Shown piece after piece: positions 52,301 to 64,000 of a DNA stretch of 64,000 nt. The translations under genes were made by a program, and so were the position numbers. The DNA is from Tubulanus polymorphus (Eukaryota; Animalia; Nemertea): assembly GCF_964204645.1 (NCBI RefSeq), contig NC_134027.1:5426485-5490484 (forward strand). Reading direction: 5' to 3'. The notes beneath the pieces were generated by a model. That model was not told the DNA's origin. It did not search any database and saw only the letters and a list, made by a program, of their open reading frames with translations. Position 1 is the stretch's first letter; each line of letters opens with the position of its first letter.

Positions 52301-55300
52301 AACGGAAAGTTGCATGTTTGATTTAAAACTTAAACAACTGCTTACTAGTTATTCCCTTTACTCGAATTATTATGCAATTGAATTGAATTGCAATAGACAG
52401 TTTTTAAGTCAGGTTTTACTTCGATAGACGGAAGATTCATTCAGATTTTTTAACGTAGATATTGTGAAACTGGCTCTCGCTAAACTGTTTCTCCCATTGG
52501 GAGGATGTATAGAATTGGTTTAGACGAAATGATATTCAAAATATTGCGCTAAAATCGACGATGCAAGGATTAAATCTAACCTGACTACAAAAAATAATCT
52601 AATCTGGGAACATGCACAAAATGTTAATAAGAATCCCAAATGAATAGAAGTGTTAGAAATCATTCAAAAATGCATTCCCTCTTCACTCATTTCTGCTTAT
52701 GCATTCGTTCTTCAATTATCGACTGTTTACTCGCCGATCTAGAAACTAACGGTCGTGGCATCAAATCTATTCTGTAAAAACAGTTCTAAATCCCCCGTTG
52801 CTTATGCACTTTTGGGGCCCGTAGGCATGATGGTGGTGCAATGTTTATAGAACTTGATACCGACGTTAAAAACTCAATCTACCGGGGTAATGTTATACCC
52901 ACACCTACGCAAAAAACCATAGCGCTGCGTATCAACTTGTTAAAGAGGTCTTTTAAGCAAAATTCTTTAATTCTTTATTATGAAATGAACAACTCCAATC
53001 GTATTGCATGCAGTCTGTTAGTGGTTGATTCAAATTCAAGTGCACTTGATATAGCTGCCGGAAAGGTGCATAATGGTTAAAAGTAAAAAACCAATAGTTT
53101 TGAGCAATCATCGATTATAGATAAACGTTAGTAGGAGTGGTACTGACGTCATCACCCATCATCCGAAAACATCGATTTTGATAACATATTTCCAAATTTA
53201 GCTTTTTATTTACATTTATCAGATGGAATTGGCTTGTGAAGATCTATTTCTGGTAATACGCCAAAACACTCTAGACAAATATTCTCTAGACTTTAGGCGT
53301 CACCCACCTCGACGATTTTACTTCGTGTTTCCGTTATTCTTTCCTTTGAACGCATTGATTTCGTGAATCCGCTATTTGAGTATAATGCTACGAATTTTTT
53401 GTGCGCTAAACACAAAACAAAAGACTTACGAATCGATAGACATGACAAGTTTTCTACCTTTGATTCGTATAATGATAGAGATCAATTTTGTATCGACGTT
53501 AAAAAAGAACGCGCCATCGTCGACATCGTCGCCGAATTGCGTGTTACAAAAAAACGGCTGATATCAAAAACCCGATGACTCGAGATCTGTCCATCTTATT
53601 GACATCGCGCAATGGTAGACAAAGAACAGGTCGATGACGAGACTTACGAGTATATTGTTTTATATAGCAAATTCCTTTCCGATTCCTATCGTCTGCTAAA
53701 GCCAACATTGCCGATGCTTAAAAGGTTTTATGTTCGCAGACGAGCGTACACAAAGACATAACGGGTTGGCATTAAGTTATTACAAGACTGCTAATGACTC
53801 GTAAGGTGCCTTTGGGAGAACGTCAAGAGAGATCAAATAAGCCCAGATCATCAGCAGCGCACTTTCCCCGTGATTCGAAACCGAATGAGACCAAAATTCT
53901 CTGATCGTCAAGATGTGGTATAAATCAATCACAGCAACATTCATTCAGTCAATCATCGGTCAAAGAAGGAGGAAAGGAACATTTATGATTACGTACGAAG
54001 GTGCTCAGAAACCTATGGAACTATTCTGTCGAGGGATGCGAGAATTGAATGTGACTAAACAGCTACGTCAATTTATCGCATTTATGACAGGAGGGATTGT
54101 TTTTAGTTGAACGCGCAGCTAGATATTGATATTGATTGATAAATTGGCCGTTTGTCGAATCAATTCTTTAATAATGACACGCATTACATCAGCTTTAATC
54201 TGATTAGCTTTGATACACACAGAAACGTTCGTTTCTTACAGCGCAATGTTTGAATGACTGTCGATTGAAGCGAAAATAAGAAATCATAGCTTATATTTCA
54301 AACAAAATTTCTCGATATAGGCCTACAATATTTAGTGAACAGAGATAAAAGGGTACGCCCTATATACCGTAGATGGGCCTTTGTTATATCTAACTCATTA
54401 GGATTGTAGAGGGATATTTTGTAAGGTGCCCACAAAATCATTATGGCAGAATTAACGATATGTTGAAAATATTTCCTTTGCTCCACACGATTTATTCAAA
54501 AACCGCTGTAATCTATCCCAGGTGCATTCACAATCAAAAATGGATTTTAGTGTAAAGAATGAACATGTATTAAGTCTGTTGATGCTAATTCCATTTCAAT
54601 AACATTGCTAAATAAGCTTAGATTTGGTGTCATGACAACAGCTAGTACCAGTAGACTGGTTTCAAGTCTAAGTCTAAGACTGGCCCCAGGCCCCAACTCG
54701 CCCCAGGCGATTGACTTAGAATAAAAAAGCCACAGAGCTTCATGATAATGCTTCATTCACAGAGCTTTGTGATTCGTATATTGAATATTTTACTGAGAAC
54801 GTAAAGCAAGCCTTCATCGACGAATAATGATCAACTATACCCCGGAACGATGGACCTCTATTAGGACCGGCGAGCAGATATTCTCTTTTTAGACACAGTA
54901 TCACGCGAAGTACGGCGTATTATCGGTTGGCGACAAACGTCTTGTGTCCGCCACCGACGACACATCTCCTCGTTACTACACGACACGTTGTGCGACTAAT
55001 AAAGATTCATGGAAATGATTATCGGTATGAAAAAACCGTCGGCATCTTTCTGAGATTTATAGAGCCGGTGACGTTAGCTAGATAAATGACCTATCGCTGC
55101 ATCGATCAAACATCGACACTATCTATTTTTTATAGCATGTGTCAATAAGTAGTTATGAAAGCGATGAATCATCTTGGAAAACTTTTAGTAATAATGTGGA
55201 TCGAAAACTGATGTAAAGTGAACTAAAGCAAGAAATTCTAGCGATTGCGTCAGTTTCGGCGTGTGAAGTGGTGGCTTCCCTTATTAACTTAACCAGAACT

Positions 55301-55508
55301 TGTTCCTTATAATGTTCGAGTCTCGTTACTAACGTGCGTTAATTACCATCGTTTACCCGAAGACAAAAACCGTAAAAAATACGTATTCTAGCTAAAAGCC
55401 AAAGAAGAAAACGTGTAGAAACACTTGCATCTTGTCGACTGACGACTGAATAGAAGATTTATCGAAAACTTTGTTTCTGTTACAGCGACGTGCATATCAT
55501 AAACGCCC

Positions 55509-58500
55509 ATGAAGGTTTTTCGCGATAGCCTCCTAGGATTGCCACCAACCCGTCCAGGTGTACAGTACAAACAGACATGCAAAAGTGATACGGTAAGTGA
55601 TACAAAGGGCCTAATTTTCTTATTTTTTTCTAGGCGAGTGAATCTATGGACATATATAGTCCAAGGGATGTATATGTGGACAAATTTCCTCATATGATTA
55701 TTGGTAGATTTGCAGGATTAAATGTAGTGTCATGCTTTATGTTGACTGGTCTCCAGGGACAGGTAACGACGCTAATTTCTTGCATGAATAGTTCCGTATC
55801 GATGTTCATCACTAAGACAGCGCGCTCACGGAAATATCCAACACGTTTTACCGTCACATTTGACGTGTCAAAATCTCTTTTAGAGTTCACGGAGTGCCCA
55901 ATATTTATTAAGTCAAAGACGGCATTTCCCACCGTTGTTTTTTTAGCGCAAGTTAGAATTCAAAGAGGCCCTCAAGAGCGCAACAACTAAACCAAGTGAA
56001 TAACGTTCTATCGCTATAGTGGGAATTATAACATGTGTTATAACTGTTTCTTGCTGTCATGTAATCACTTCCAATCATTTCAAAGTGTTTACCGCATCAA
56101 CTCGAAACATATCGGATTGCTGAAATTGAGTCATCGGAATCGGTCATCTACCGATGGGGTTGGAGTGAATTGAGTAACTGATAGATACTTCTTTCGATGG
56201 GTGCTGTATCGTCGAATGTTGTTGAAGTAAATGAATCGTGAAGGAAACTTCTGTTTGTTTGATTTCGCCTCTGATTGTATCGATATTCGATGAAATGCAC
56301 ATGGTATTTAGACAGAATTGTCGCCAGCTAAGCAACATACAAAATACTGTACTCGGCGAATAATAGACCGACCTGATAAAACCCTCCGAGTCGGGGACAT
56401 TTCAATTTTGTAACCATGGTAGTGAATAATTCTATAGTCAAAGATTTAGCCCTCGGTTGAATTAAACACCAGCCTCTGCGCATACCGTTTAAGCTGGTAA
56501 TTTGTTTAATCGGTTACTGTTGTCTGTCAATATTCTAGACAATTATCTTCACAAACGATATTGTGGGGAGCGGTATCAGATTTCCGTGCACGAATAATCG
56601 TTTCTTTTCTCTCGCAAATCCGTTCAGGAACTAATTTCACATTTGAGACTGAAGTGTATGATTTCGAATACTCGACAGCCCAGCACATCTACAAACCAAA
56701 GACTCTTTGTCCGGAAACTATAACCGATACTCAATCAGTAATTGGTTGTGGTACATATGTTTATCATCTGAAATCCACGAATAACGAAACAACCTTCTGT
56801 GTCAACTATCTGAATCTATTCCGAAAAAAAGATTCAGATAAGGTGGAGAGAATCGCCATTCCTTTCTAAGTATATATATGACCCGACTCACAACTCTACT
56901 GGACTGAATACAGGATCGAGTTATGCAGCTTTATTACTATCGGATATCTGAGGCCTGATCACCGGTAGGCCACGTTATTAATATCTTTGATAGGCAAAAC
57001 AGCTTGATAAGAACATTAATTTCCGCTGTCGCACACAACCTCGGCAACCGAAGCGACAGTGTAAACTGACTAAAATCACTTTCGCAGCGGTTTCCATCAA
57101 ATATTGCTCCAAATCAACGAATAGATTTTAAGGCTTGTCGTTTACGTATATCGCAGTGTTTATCTTTTCAATAGAAATATGCTCTTGGGGGGAAGAACAT
57201 TTCTCGTAGAATCTACGCTTGCAGGCATGTGAATTTGCTTTTCCTGTGTGCCTTCACCTGTTTGCTCTAGATCAAAAATAAATCGGTAGATTAGCCAATC
57301 CATGGTACATCAACCCGCGTAATCCAAAAGGGACAGCTCGCGCACAAGGGGTTTATGTAAATTATTTTATCTTTGCTCGGCAAAATTGTCTGTGCTGCTC
57401 CGGCGTTCATGAATGATGGCCATCTATCGATTATATCCAGACACGGATGTGTACTGGTATTACTGTCATCCCTCACACGGGATATCCAATGATAATGGGA
57501 GTGATTTACCAAGCTGTAACGAATAGCGCCAAAGCGTTGAACGAAAATTCATGGAATGTTTTTGTTTTAAACATGTAATTTCATATCTATATCAGAAACT
57601 GTTAAATGATTTATCAACTTGGAGAGGACATTACCACTGCCAGATTTACAGCTCAACATTTTCCCGAAAAGGTATAGAATAGAGTGGAATAGAAGAGGAC
57701 CAATCTGAAAGATACCGATGTAATGATATTTCTTTTCTCAAGCTTCAAGATAAAACTGTAACTTTCAAACCAATAAACACCAACGAACGATGCTTCTTAT
57801 TTTCTACGGGTGCATTGAGAGCGAGATCCGTATGACTCCTATATGGGCATGCATAGCGTATAAAAACACATCATCGCTATATTTTCATTCGTCTCTTGTG
57901 TGTTTGATAACCCTTCCATTTGCGAGAGCAAATGCGATGTCAACTGTGATCAGGCGGATTTTCTGGAAACGTCCAATATTAATGTAGTGGTTTTTATACG
58001 CCTCGGGTGAGCGCGCACATCCGCCATGTGTCGTACCCGGAAATAAGGCTTTGGTATATCATAAGCTTTCTCACTCGTCAACTGTCAACGATGATGAAAT
58101 ATTTTCTGGCAATTTGCTTATTTTCCGGGCACAGGGCTGTCCGCTTACCGGAGATGCGTTTTATTGCATCTGGACTAATAAGATGTTATCAGACCTGTGA
58201 CCATGTCAGGAAATGATGTTCTTTTTCGATGAGCTTCACAGCTCTTTTGTTTAATCAAAGGTCTTATATACATAATATTGATGATACTTATAATTCATTA
58301 AGTTATATACATATGATAGTTTGCCAAAGACGGAATTTGGTACTAGTTCGGGCTGTGCTGCAAACTGTACGACAATTGTAGTATTTGTAGGAAATTGGCA
58401 GATGCTAAAGAATAATCTTGATTTGCACCGCTTCACCAAGACTCGCGCCCAAGATGGTTTTACTGAGTGGTGTTGATGTTGTTATGCTGCATGCTTATTA

Positions 58501-61300
58501 CTAACAGATACATGTATTTTTGCCTCCTCTTTTGTTGTAGCTGGTAGATTTCCCAGAGTTTGACATCGACAATCGTAGAGAAGGGTTTCAGTCGAAGAAA
58601 GTGCTAGAGCTAGTGGCGTATACAGTCTATAAAAGACGTCTATTATATGTCTGTCTTGTTTCAACTCTGATTTTCGCGGGAATTGTTGCAATGAGACTGA
58701 CTGTAAACATCGAACCAGGTGCGTATACCGATTATAGCCAATGCTTTATTGCTTTTGGGTTGTACTTAGGGTAATCATTTATTTATTTAGCTGGAAGCTT
58801 AAGTATATTTCAGTTTTAGTATCACATCCCAGCAGTAATGCAAAAGTAAAGGTTGATTGTATGCCGTTGAAGTATCACCATGTTATAAAGGGATGGCGTT
58901 GAATGATATCTCATTCTGAAAACTCTAAAAGTAATAATCATGTTCCGTAATATTTGTTTTGGTTTTCCCTTGTGGCTGCCTCCTTTTATTTGACCAGGTT
59001 GAAAGAATGTCAATACATGTGCGCGCAACAATACACCTCATTATAGAGAAAGGATTTAACGTGGTCTGCAAAAAGATTTTTGCTGCCGAAACCTTCAGTG
59101 TGTGGTCATGCTTCCTCCCACTCCTTACAATTGAATGTTACTTCATAACAATCATCTGAACAAAAATATTTGTAATTTCCAGTTCCTTTTCGAAATTTTT
59201 CGAGCAAGTTCTGAATTAAGTTGAACGCCATTGATCCCTATTCCAGTTAATCAAATTAGTGCTGTTCTCCTGATACGCGCTGTTGTGTTACAAGCAATCA
59301 ATCGTTTTAATTGATGTAGTTGTTTTTCGGTCTGTTAATCGGAACACGCACCTGAACATCTGTCTTCAAAGCGCGTTTCGGGCCTTCAATCGGCCCAATT
59401 TAGGACTAAAATCTTAGAAAATAATACGATGACACTATGTTTGTTCCTCTTCGAAAAGAGTATTCTCGTGTTTCGGATTTTCTAGATACGGATGATTACA
59501 TATCCATGTCAACTACAGTGGAACCTCGTTAATTCCAGTCTTTAGGGCAAAAGTGAAACGGATTTCGTATAATCCAAAGCTTGATTGATACAAATATCTA
59601 AGCTGAAACATGCTGGAAATCATCGTAATAAACGGGTTTCGTATTATCGAGGTTCAAATGTAATTATTGACCGATTAACGACGGACTTTTTAAAGTTTAA
59701 TTTCATCTAGGAAGTTATTAACATTGTCAATCGTTGGGAAGACGGTGTCTTCACTAATGCGTTCATTTATCATTCGACCTTATATGCTGCTGTATTGCAG
59801 TGGAAATGGAGATACTCCACATTGCCTGGACTGTCCATTCTCTACGTGCATTTGGGAAACCGTTGGTAATTTCAGATGATAATTGGTTTAGCGGATGTAA
59901 GAACGACGACGACTTTTAAATCGTATAGACATTGATGACTTGCATGGGAACTAAGTCCATCCTCAGGACTGAATGTGAATACAGAATGCCGGCTTTAGCT
60001 GGGCCAATAATTTTGCCGATGATTTTTTTGAAGCCGTATTTGCGATCGACTATGAAACAGCTCCGTCTAAAACATTATGATTCGTAACATTCATAGCCAA
60101 AGTGACTCAATCGACCTGAATCATGATACCGGAAAACCTTTGATCTCAAAATAGCCCAAAAGCCTTCGAAGAACAACCATTCAGAAAGATTCTCCGAGGA
60201 AGACCCCATAACCCCTTGAAAGAAAATAGGCGCGAATTTTTCCGCGGTAAACGCTTCGCACCGTCGGATATGAGCTGGGCCAATGTCAAGTTGTTGCCGC
60301 CACCCCTAACCCTATAAAAAACAGAGACATATCTTTTTGCAAGATCAGATCAGTACGATATGGAATTCATTTTTTCTGCGTTTATCTACTTTCAGGCGAT
60401 GACGAAGACGACTATGAAATAAGTGGCCAATATCTCGTAGCAAGTAACCCGCAACAACAACCGAAATCAACAACGATCACTCCATCCTCATATCTAACCC
60501 GAATAAACATAACTTGCGTCGGATGCATTAACAGCACAGCGACACATTTACAGTCAAATGGCTCTTTATCGGAATATGAAAATGAAACTACTCCATTTGG
60601 TAATTTACATATGCAACAAGTTACGCCGACTGCACTCCACCAGAAAACGTCGACACTAGATCGACGGAGTGGAGAACTAACGTCACTGGACATCGAAAGT
60701 GTTTCCCCTTATCGCACGAGAGGAAAAGTGAAAAATGACGACACAAATGAGACAGAATCGGCAACGGAAAAGAATAATTGGTCAACAACGTCGACGTATC
60801 TCGGTCCGAAATCTGACATTACGAACAAACGCGACAGCAATAGCCCGGCGCCAACGAGGCAACCGCAAAGGACGCTAGAAATTGGATTACCTACGCAAGA
60901 AAATGCCAATGATATTCCACCCCAAACTGAATTATCATCAAGTAGCCATCCGTCTGTCAGCGTATCAACAGATGCTACGTCATTAGTGTATACCGAACAG
61001 ACGACATCAGACAGTAAGCGAGATGCAATTACGAAAACGCTTAAAGAACTTCTTTCTCCAGAAAGACCGACAATGCCTTCCGAATTCTTCTCTAGCGTGA
61101 ACAGTGTGTCCTCGAGTACTACTCAGCAAGGTTTGGGAGAGGTGATTACCAGCGGTAAATTAAAATCCAGAACTCCCACTTCAACCCTTACTACTGCTGA
61201 AAACAACCATCGTTCCACTGAACCAACAGTGCTAATTACTCGTTTTAGCTCCGGTTACGATAAAATCATAGACGAAACACCAATTGAAAACGCCACTTAG
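55509..61300 (+). CDS. Unknown type II single-pass membrane protein with Ser/Thr-rich ectodomain, copy B
   Basis: Exons 55509-55592, 58541-58718 and 60396-61300 join in phase, with the same intron phases (0, 1) as copy A. Sequence ...SKKVLELVAYTVYKRRLLYVCLVSTLIFAGIVAMRLTVNIEP|GDDEDDYE.... AATAAA near 61346. Confidence 0.82.
59514..59662. mobile_element. Tc1/pogo(Tigger)-type MITE in intron 2 of copy B
   Basis: TACAGTGGAACCTCGTTAAT ... ATTATCGAGGTTCAAATGTA inverted termini with TA ends. Confidence 0.65.
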
Positions 61301-61673
61301 AACTCAAGTAGTAAAGCCCGATGCAAACGACGCAGGGAAACATGAAATAAATCACGTTTACACTCGGCAATATATTGTTTCCCCAAAACCATGTTTCTCA
61401 ACTCACACGACACGGGAAACATGTTTCAGTGTCCTGTTACCCCGCGTCTTGTGCGTTGCGCGAGAGGCGACAGAATGTATTATATACATGTTTTCCATAG
61501 TTGACACTTTTTCATTCCTAATGAACAAATATTGTTATAGAGTTAACTATCCGTTTCTCAGTTTGTAAATGAGGTTTCTTTTGAATAAAAGCTTCGGTAT
61601 CCTGTAAACCGTATCTATTGAGAAAGATATTCCCGAACGCTGACAAGGAGGACCTATCGTGGAAATACGTGCA

Positions 61674-61715
61674 ACCTTGGAGTAATCATAATGAACAGTA
61701 CGATTACTCCAAGGT
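61674..61715. other. Perfect 14-bp-stem hairpin between convergent 3' ends
   Basis: ACCTTGGAGTAATC-N14-GATTACTCCAAGGT. Confidence 0.7.
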
Positions 61716-62418
61716 ACAACAAACACAATAACAAGACGAACACAGTGATAAGATCCTGATCGTTTATATATTTACAAAATGAAAGATGACAATTGAACAC
61801 TCTTTAGTAGTGAATTTCGCATTAATATTTTCTCGCATTTTTTTCTATTCGTGAGATGAACTGATGACTTTATCTTACATACGTTTCTATAAATCGCGAA
61901 AAGCACAGTAAAGTTTTCACAAGTACAGAGAGACACGAGACCGGGCTTAAAATGAGTAACATGATTATCTATCCTTACAAAAAAAAAAAAACAAAATGAA
62001 GTACAAAAAGACTATTTACATGAATGACATATACACGGCAGTGTTCAAATTTGCTCGATGAATTCATTTCATATTTTAGCGAATGATTTTTCAGAATATC
62101 TAAGACCTACCAGTAGATGATTTGAGAATCCATAATATTTACATGTATTTACAACACCAAGAATCTTTTCTAAGGCCCATTCCTTATGAAAACATTTTTT
62201 TCCATTGCACTTTTCAACAACTTGAAATCGATTCATTGAACAAGACTTGTGTACTTGCACTACTTTAACATATCTGGTCAATAACGCCAAACGACACATG
62301 TTTGTAGCATTGATACTCGCAGTGCACTTCGAGAGCGGTTTTCACACCCTGCTGTCGCAACATTCACGTAACACTGAACAGTGGATTGTTCAAAGTTCAC
62401 TTAAACATCCATGTACGT

Positions 62419-63844
62419 TTATTCGTCGAGCTGAGGTAACCAGAATGCCTGAAAAATTCATCAGAAAGCGGCATTAGTGGATCTACATGGTCGAATAAAC
62501 TGAAAATCATTCTCGTGATAGAGTCAAAGTTGCTTAATCCGAATCAGTTTAATACAGATTACATCAACGGTCATCTATACATAAATTCATGTAAAATATG
62601 ATATCTAATTTGGATTAATTTCATTGGTACCAAATGATCTGAGTTCTACTGTGATATAGGGGCAGTCTATTTATTGATACAGTCGGTTCTTACCATGTTC
62701 GAACAGGCACTGGCTAACATCATGTACTTAGGATTGAACTGTACGCATTGAACAGCACCGCCGTGTTCAGCGTTCAATATGGCTACTCGTGCACCGGTCT
62801 CTGTATTCCAACAATATACACGACCATCAGTAGAACCTGCAAACACGTTTACATTCATATTTAAGATTTATAACATAAAAAATCGATAAGCCAAAGATAA
62901 GAAAAACCAGTCTTCATACTTACCACTAAATACAAACTGTGAATCTGGACTGAACGAAGCTTCCATTGCGAGTCCTTTGTTATTTGTGATACCCTGTAAC
63001 ATTCAAAAAGCAAATGAATAAATCAAACATTAGAACATTGCTGGTATCTACGCATGATTGAAGGATCTGTTGACAGCTATTCCACCTCAAAGCAGGGATT
63101 ACTCAAATTATGAAGTAGATTGTATAACCAGGGTACTCGCCATAAATGTTTGCAAAGAAGCTCCTTGAAAAGCATCAATTAGATGAACTGCCTGGCCATT
63201 CGTTGAGATCAGAATCATTTTACCATCAGGACTAAATTTCAAGCCGGTCCAATCGCATTCTCGATCCTGTGTCAACTTGAACGTCGCAAAGGGACCCTTA
63301 AATCGTAAGAGAATGTGGTTTAGCTGAAGAATGAAGTTGGATTAATGATAGCTATGAACTATCACTCCTGATATCAATGATTGCGGTACCTTATCAAATG
63401 ACCTCAGGTCGTATAATTTCACATGTTCCGAGTTAATTCCAGCTGCGAAAATCAAACCTTCAGGATCGAACGCAGCTACAGGTCGACCGGTTAAATGCAT
63501 CAACCCCTGAACAACAGAACGGCGGTTATAAAGAAAGGTGAAAATACACATTTCACAACTATGCTCATGAAAAGAAACAGTAATCCTCACCTGACAATTG
63601 TGAGATCGTAAATCCCACAAACGAATCGTTCGGTCCAATGACCCGGACAAAAACGTATCATCAACTGGTGACATGCACAGCGTAACAACCCTGAAAACAT
63701 TATATTAATTAATAAATAAGATCATCTATGAACATTGTTATACCCTCCTTATGAAAATGTTCATGATCCATGCTCACTTTTTCGTATGTCCAGGAAAATA
63801 TCGAATGTATTTATTATCATGTAGAGACAAATAACGAATTGTGT
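62419..63844 (-). CDS. WDR82: WD repeat protein 82 (Swd2; COMPASS/PNUTS subunit); 3' exons only, 5' end beyond the window
   Basis: [22 protein letters not shown]|[28 protein letters not shown]...|[23 protein letters not shown]...YDLRSFDK|GPFATF...|...[16 protein letters not shown]|AFWLPQLDE*. Confidence 0.95.
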
Positions 63845-64000
63845 CTGTAAGAAAGAAGAATGAATTTCAGATGAATAGATATCATGCAAACATGAGAATG
63901 AAAGTTTATCTAATTTAACAGTCACAAGGTTCCTACAATTCCTGGTATCCAGAATTCAAGGAATTTTTAAGGAGTAATTTTCAAAATTCAAGGAGGTTTT

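Noticed and set aside
50600-55400. Scattered 60-80 aa ORFs in a long non-coding stretch
   Set aside because: No motifs or exon chain. Probably the upstream region and 5'UTR introns of copy B. No RNA gene was recognised.
55646-58500. ORFs inside intron 1 of copy B
   Set aside because: No homology in copy A and no recognisable domains. Exons 1 and 2 already join in phase.

Overview
AT-rich, gene-dense stretch of a eukaryotic genome, most likely a non-vertebrate animal, with short GT-AG introns. Gene models were built by hand from splice signals and reading-frame continuity. Family names come from recalled motifs, not database searches. Twelve protein-coding genes are supported, in order: FBXO7-like (+), ABHD4/5-like (-), a small secreted two-kringle protein (-), a 'pathogen-related protein'-like gene (-), RAD54L2/ARIP4 with an intronless CDS (-), an unknown type II single-pass mucin-like gene copy A (+), DNAAF4/DYX1C1 with an intronless CDS (-), a FAM217-like gene (+), a PSTPIP-like F-BAR gene lacking SH3 (-), a secreted 4xLamG+VWA+Cys-rich protein (+), copy B of the mucin-like gene (+), and the 3' part of WDR82 (-). 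Non-coding DNA holds a ~190-bp satellite array with hairpins, a ~690-bp (TA)n tract, and many MITE-like elements, including a piggyBac-type MITE nested inside another. The best candidate for an undescribed system is the paralog pair A/B, mostly missed by the ORF track. The two copies share exon phases and a strongly conserved cytoplasmic/transmembrane module, but their Ser/Thr-rich ectodomains cannot be aligned. No prokaryotic, CRISPR, rRNA or tRNA features were recognised.
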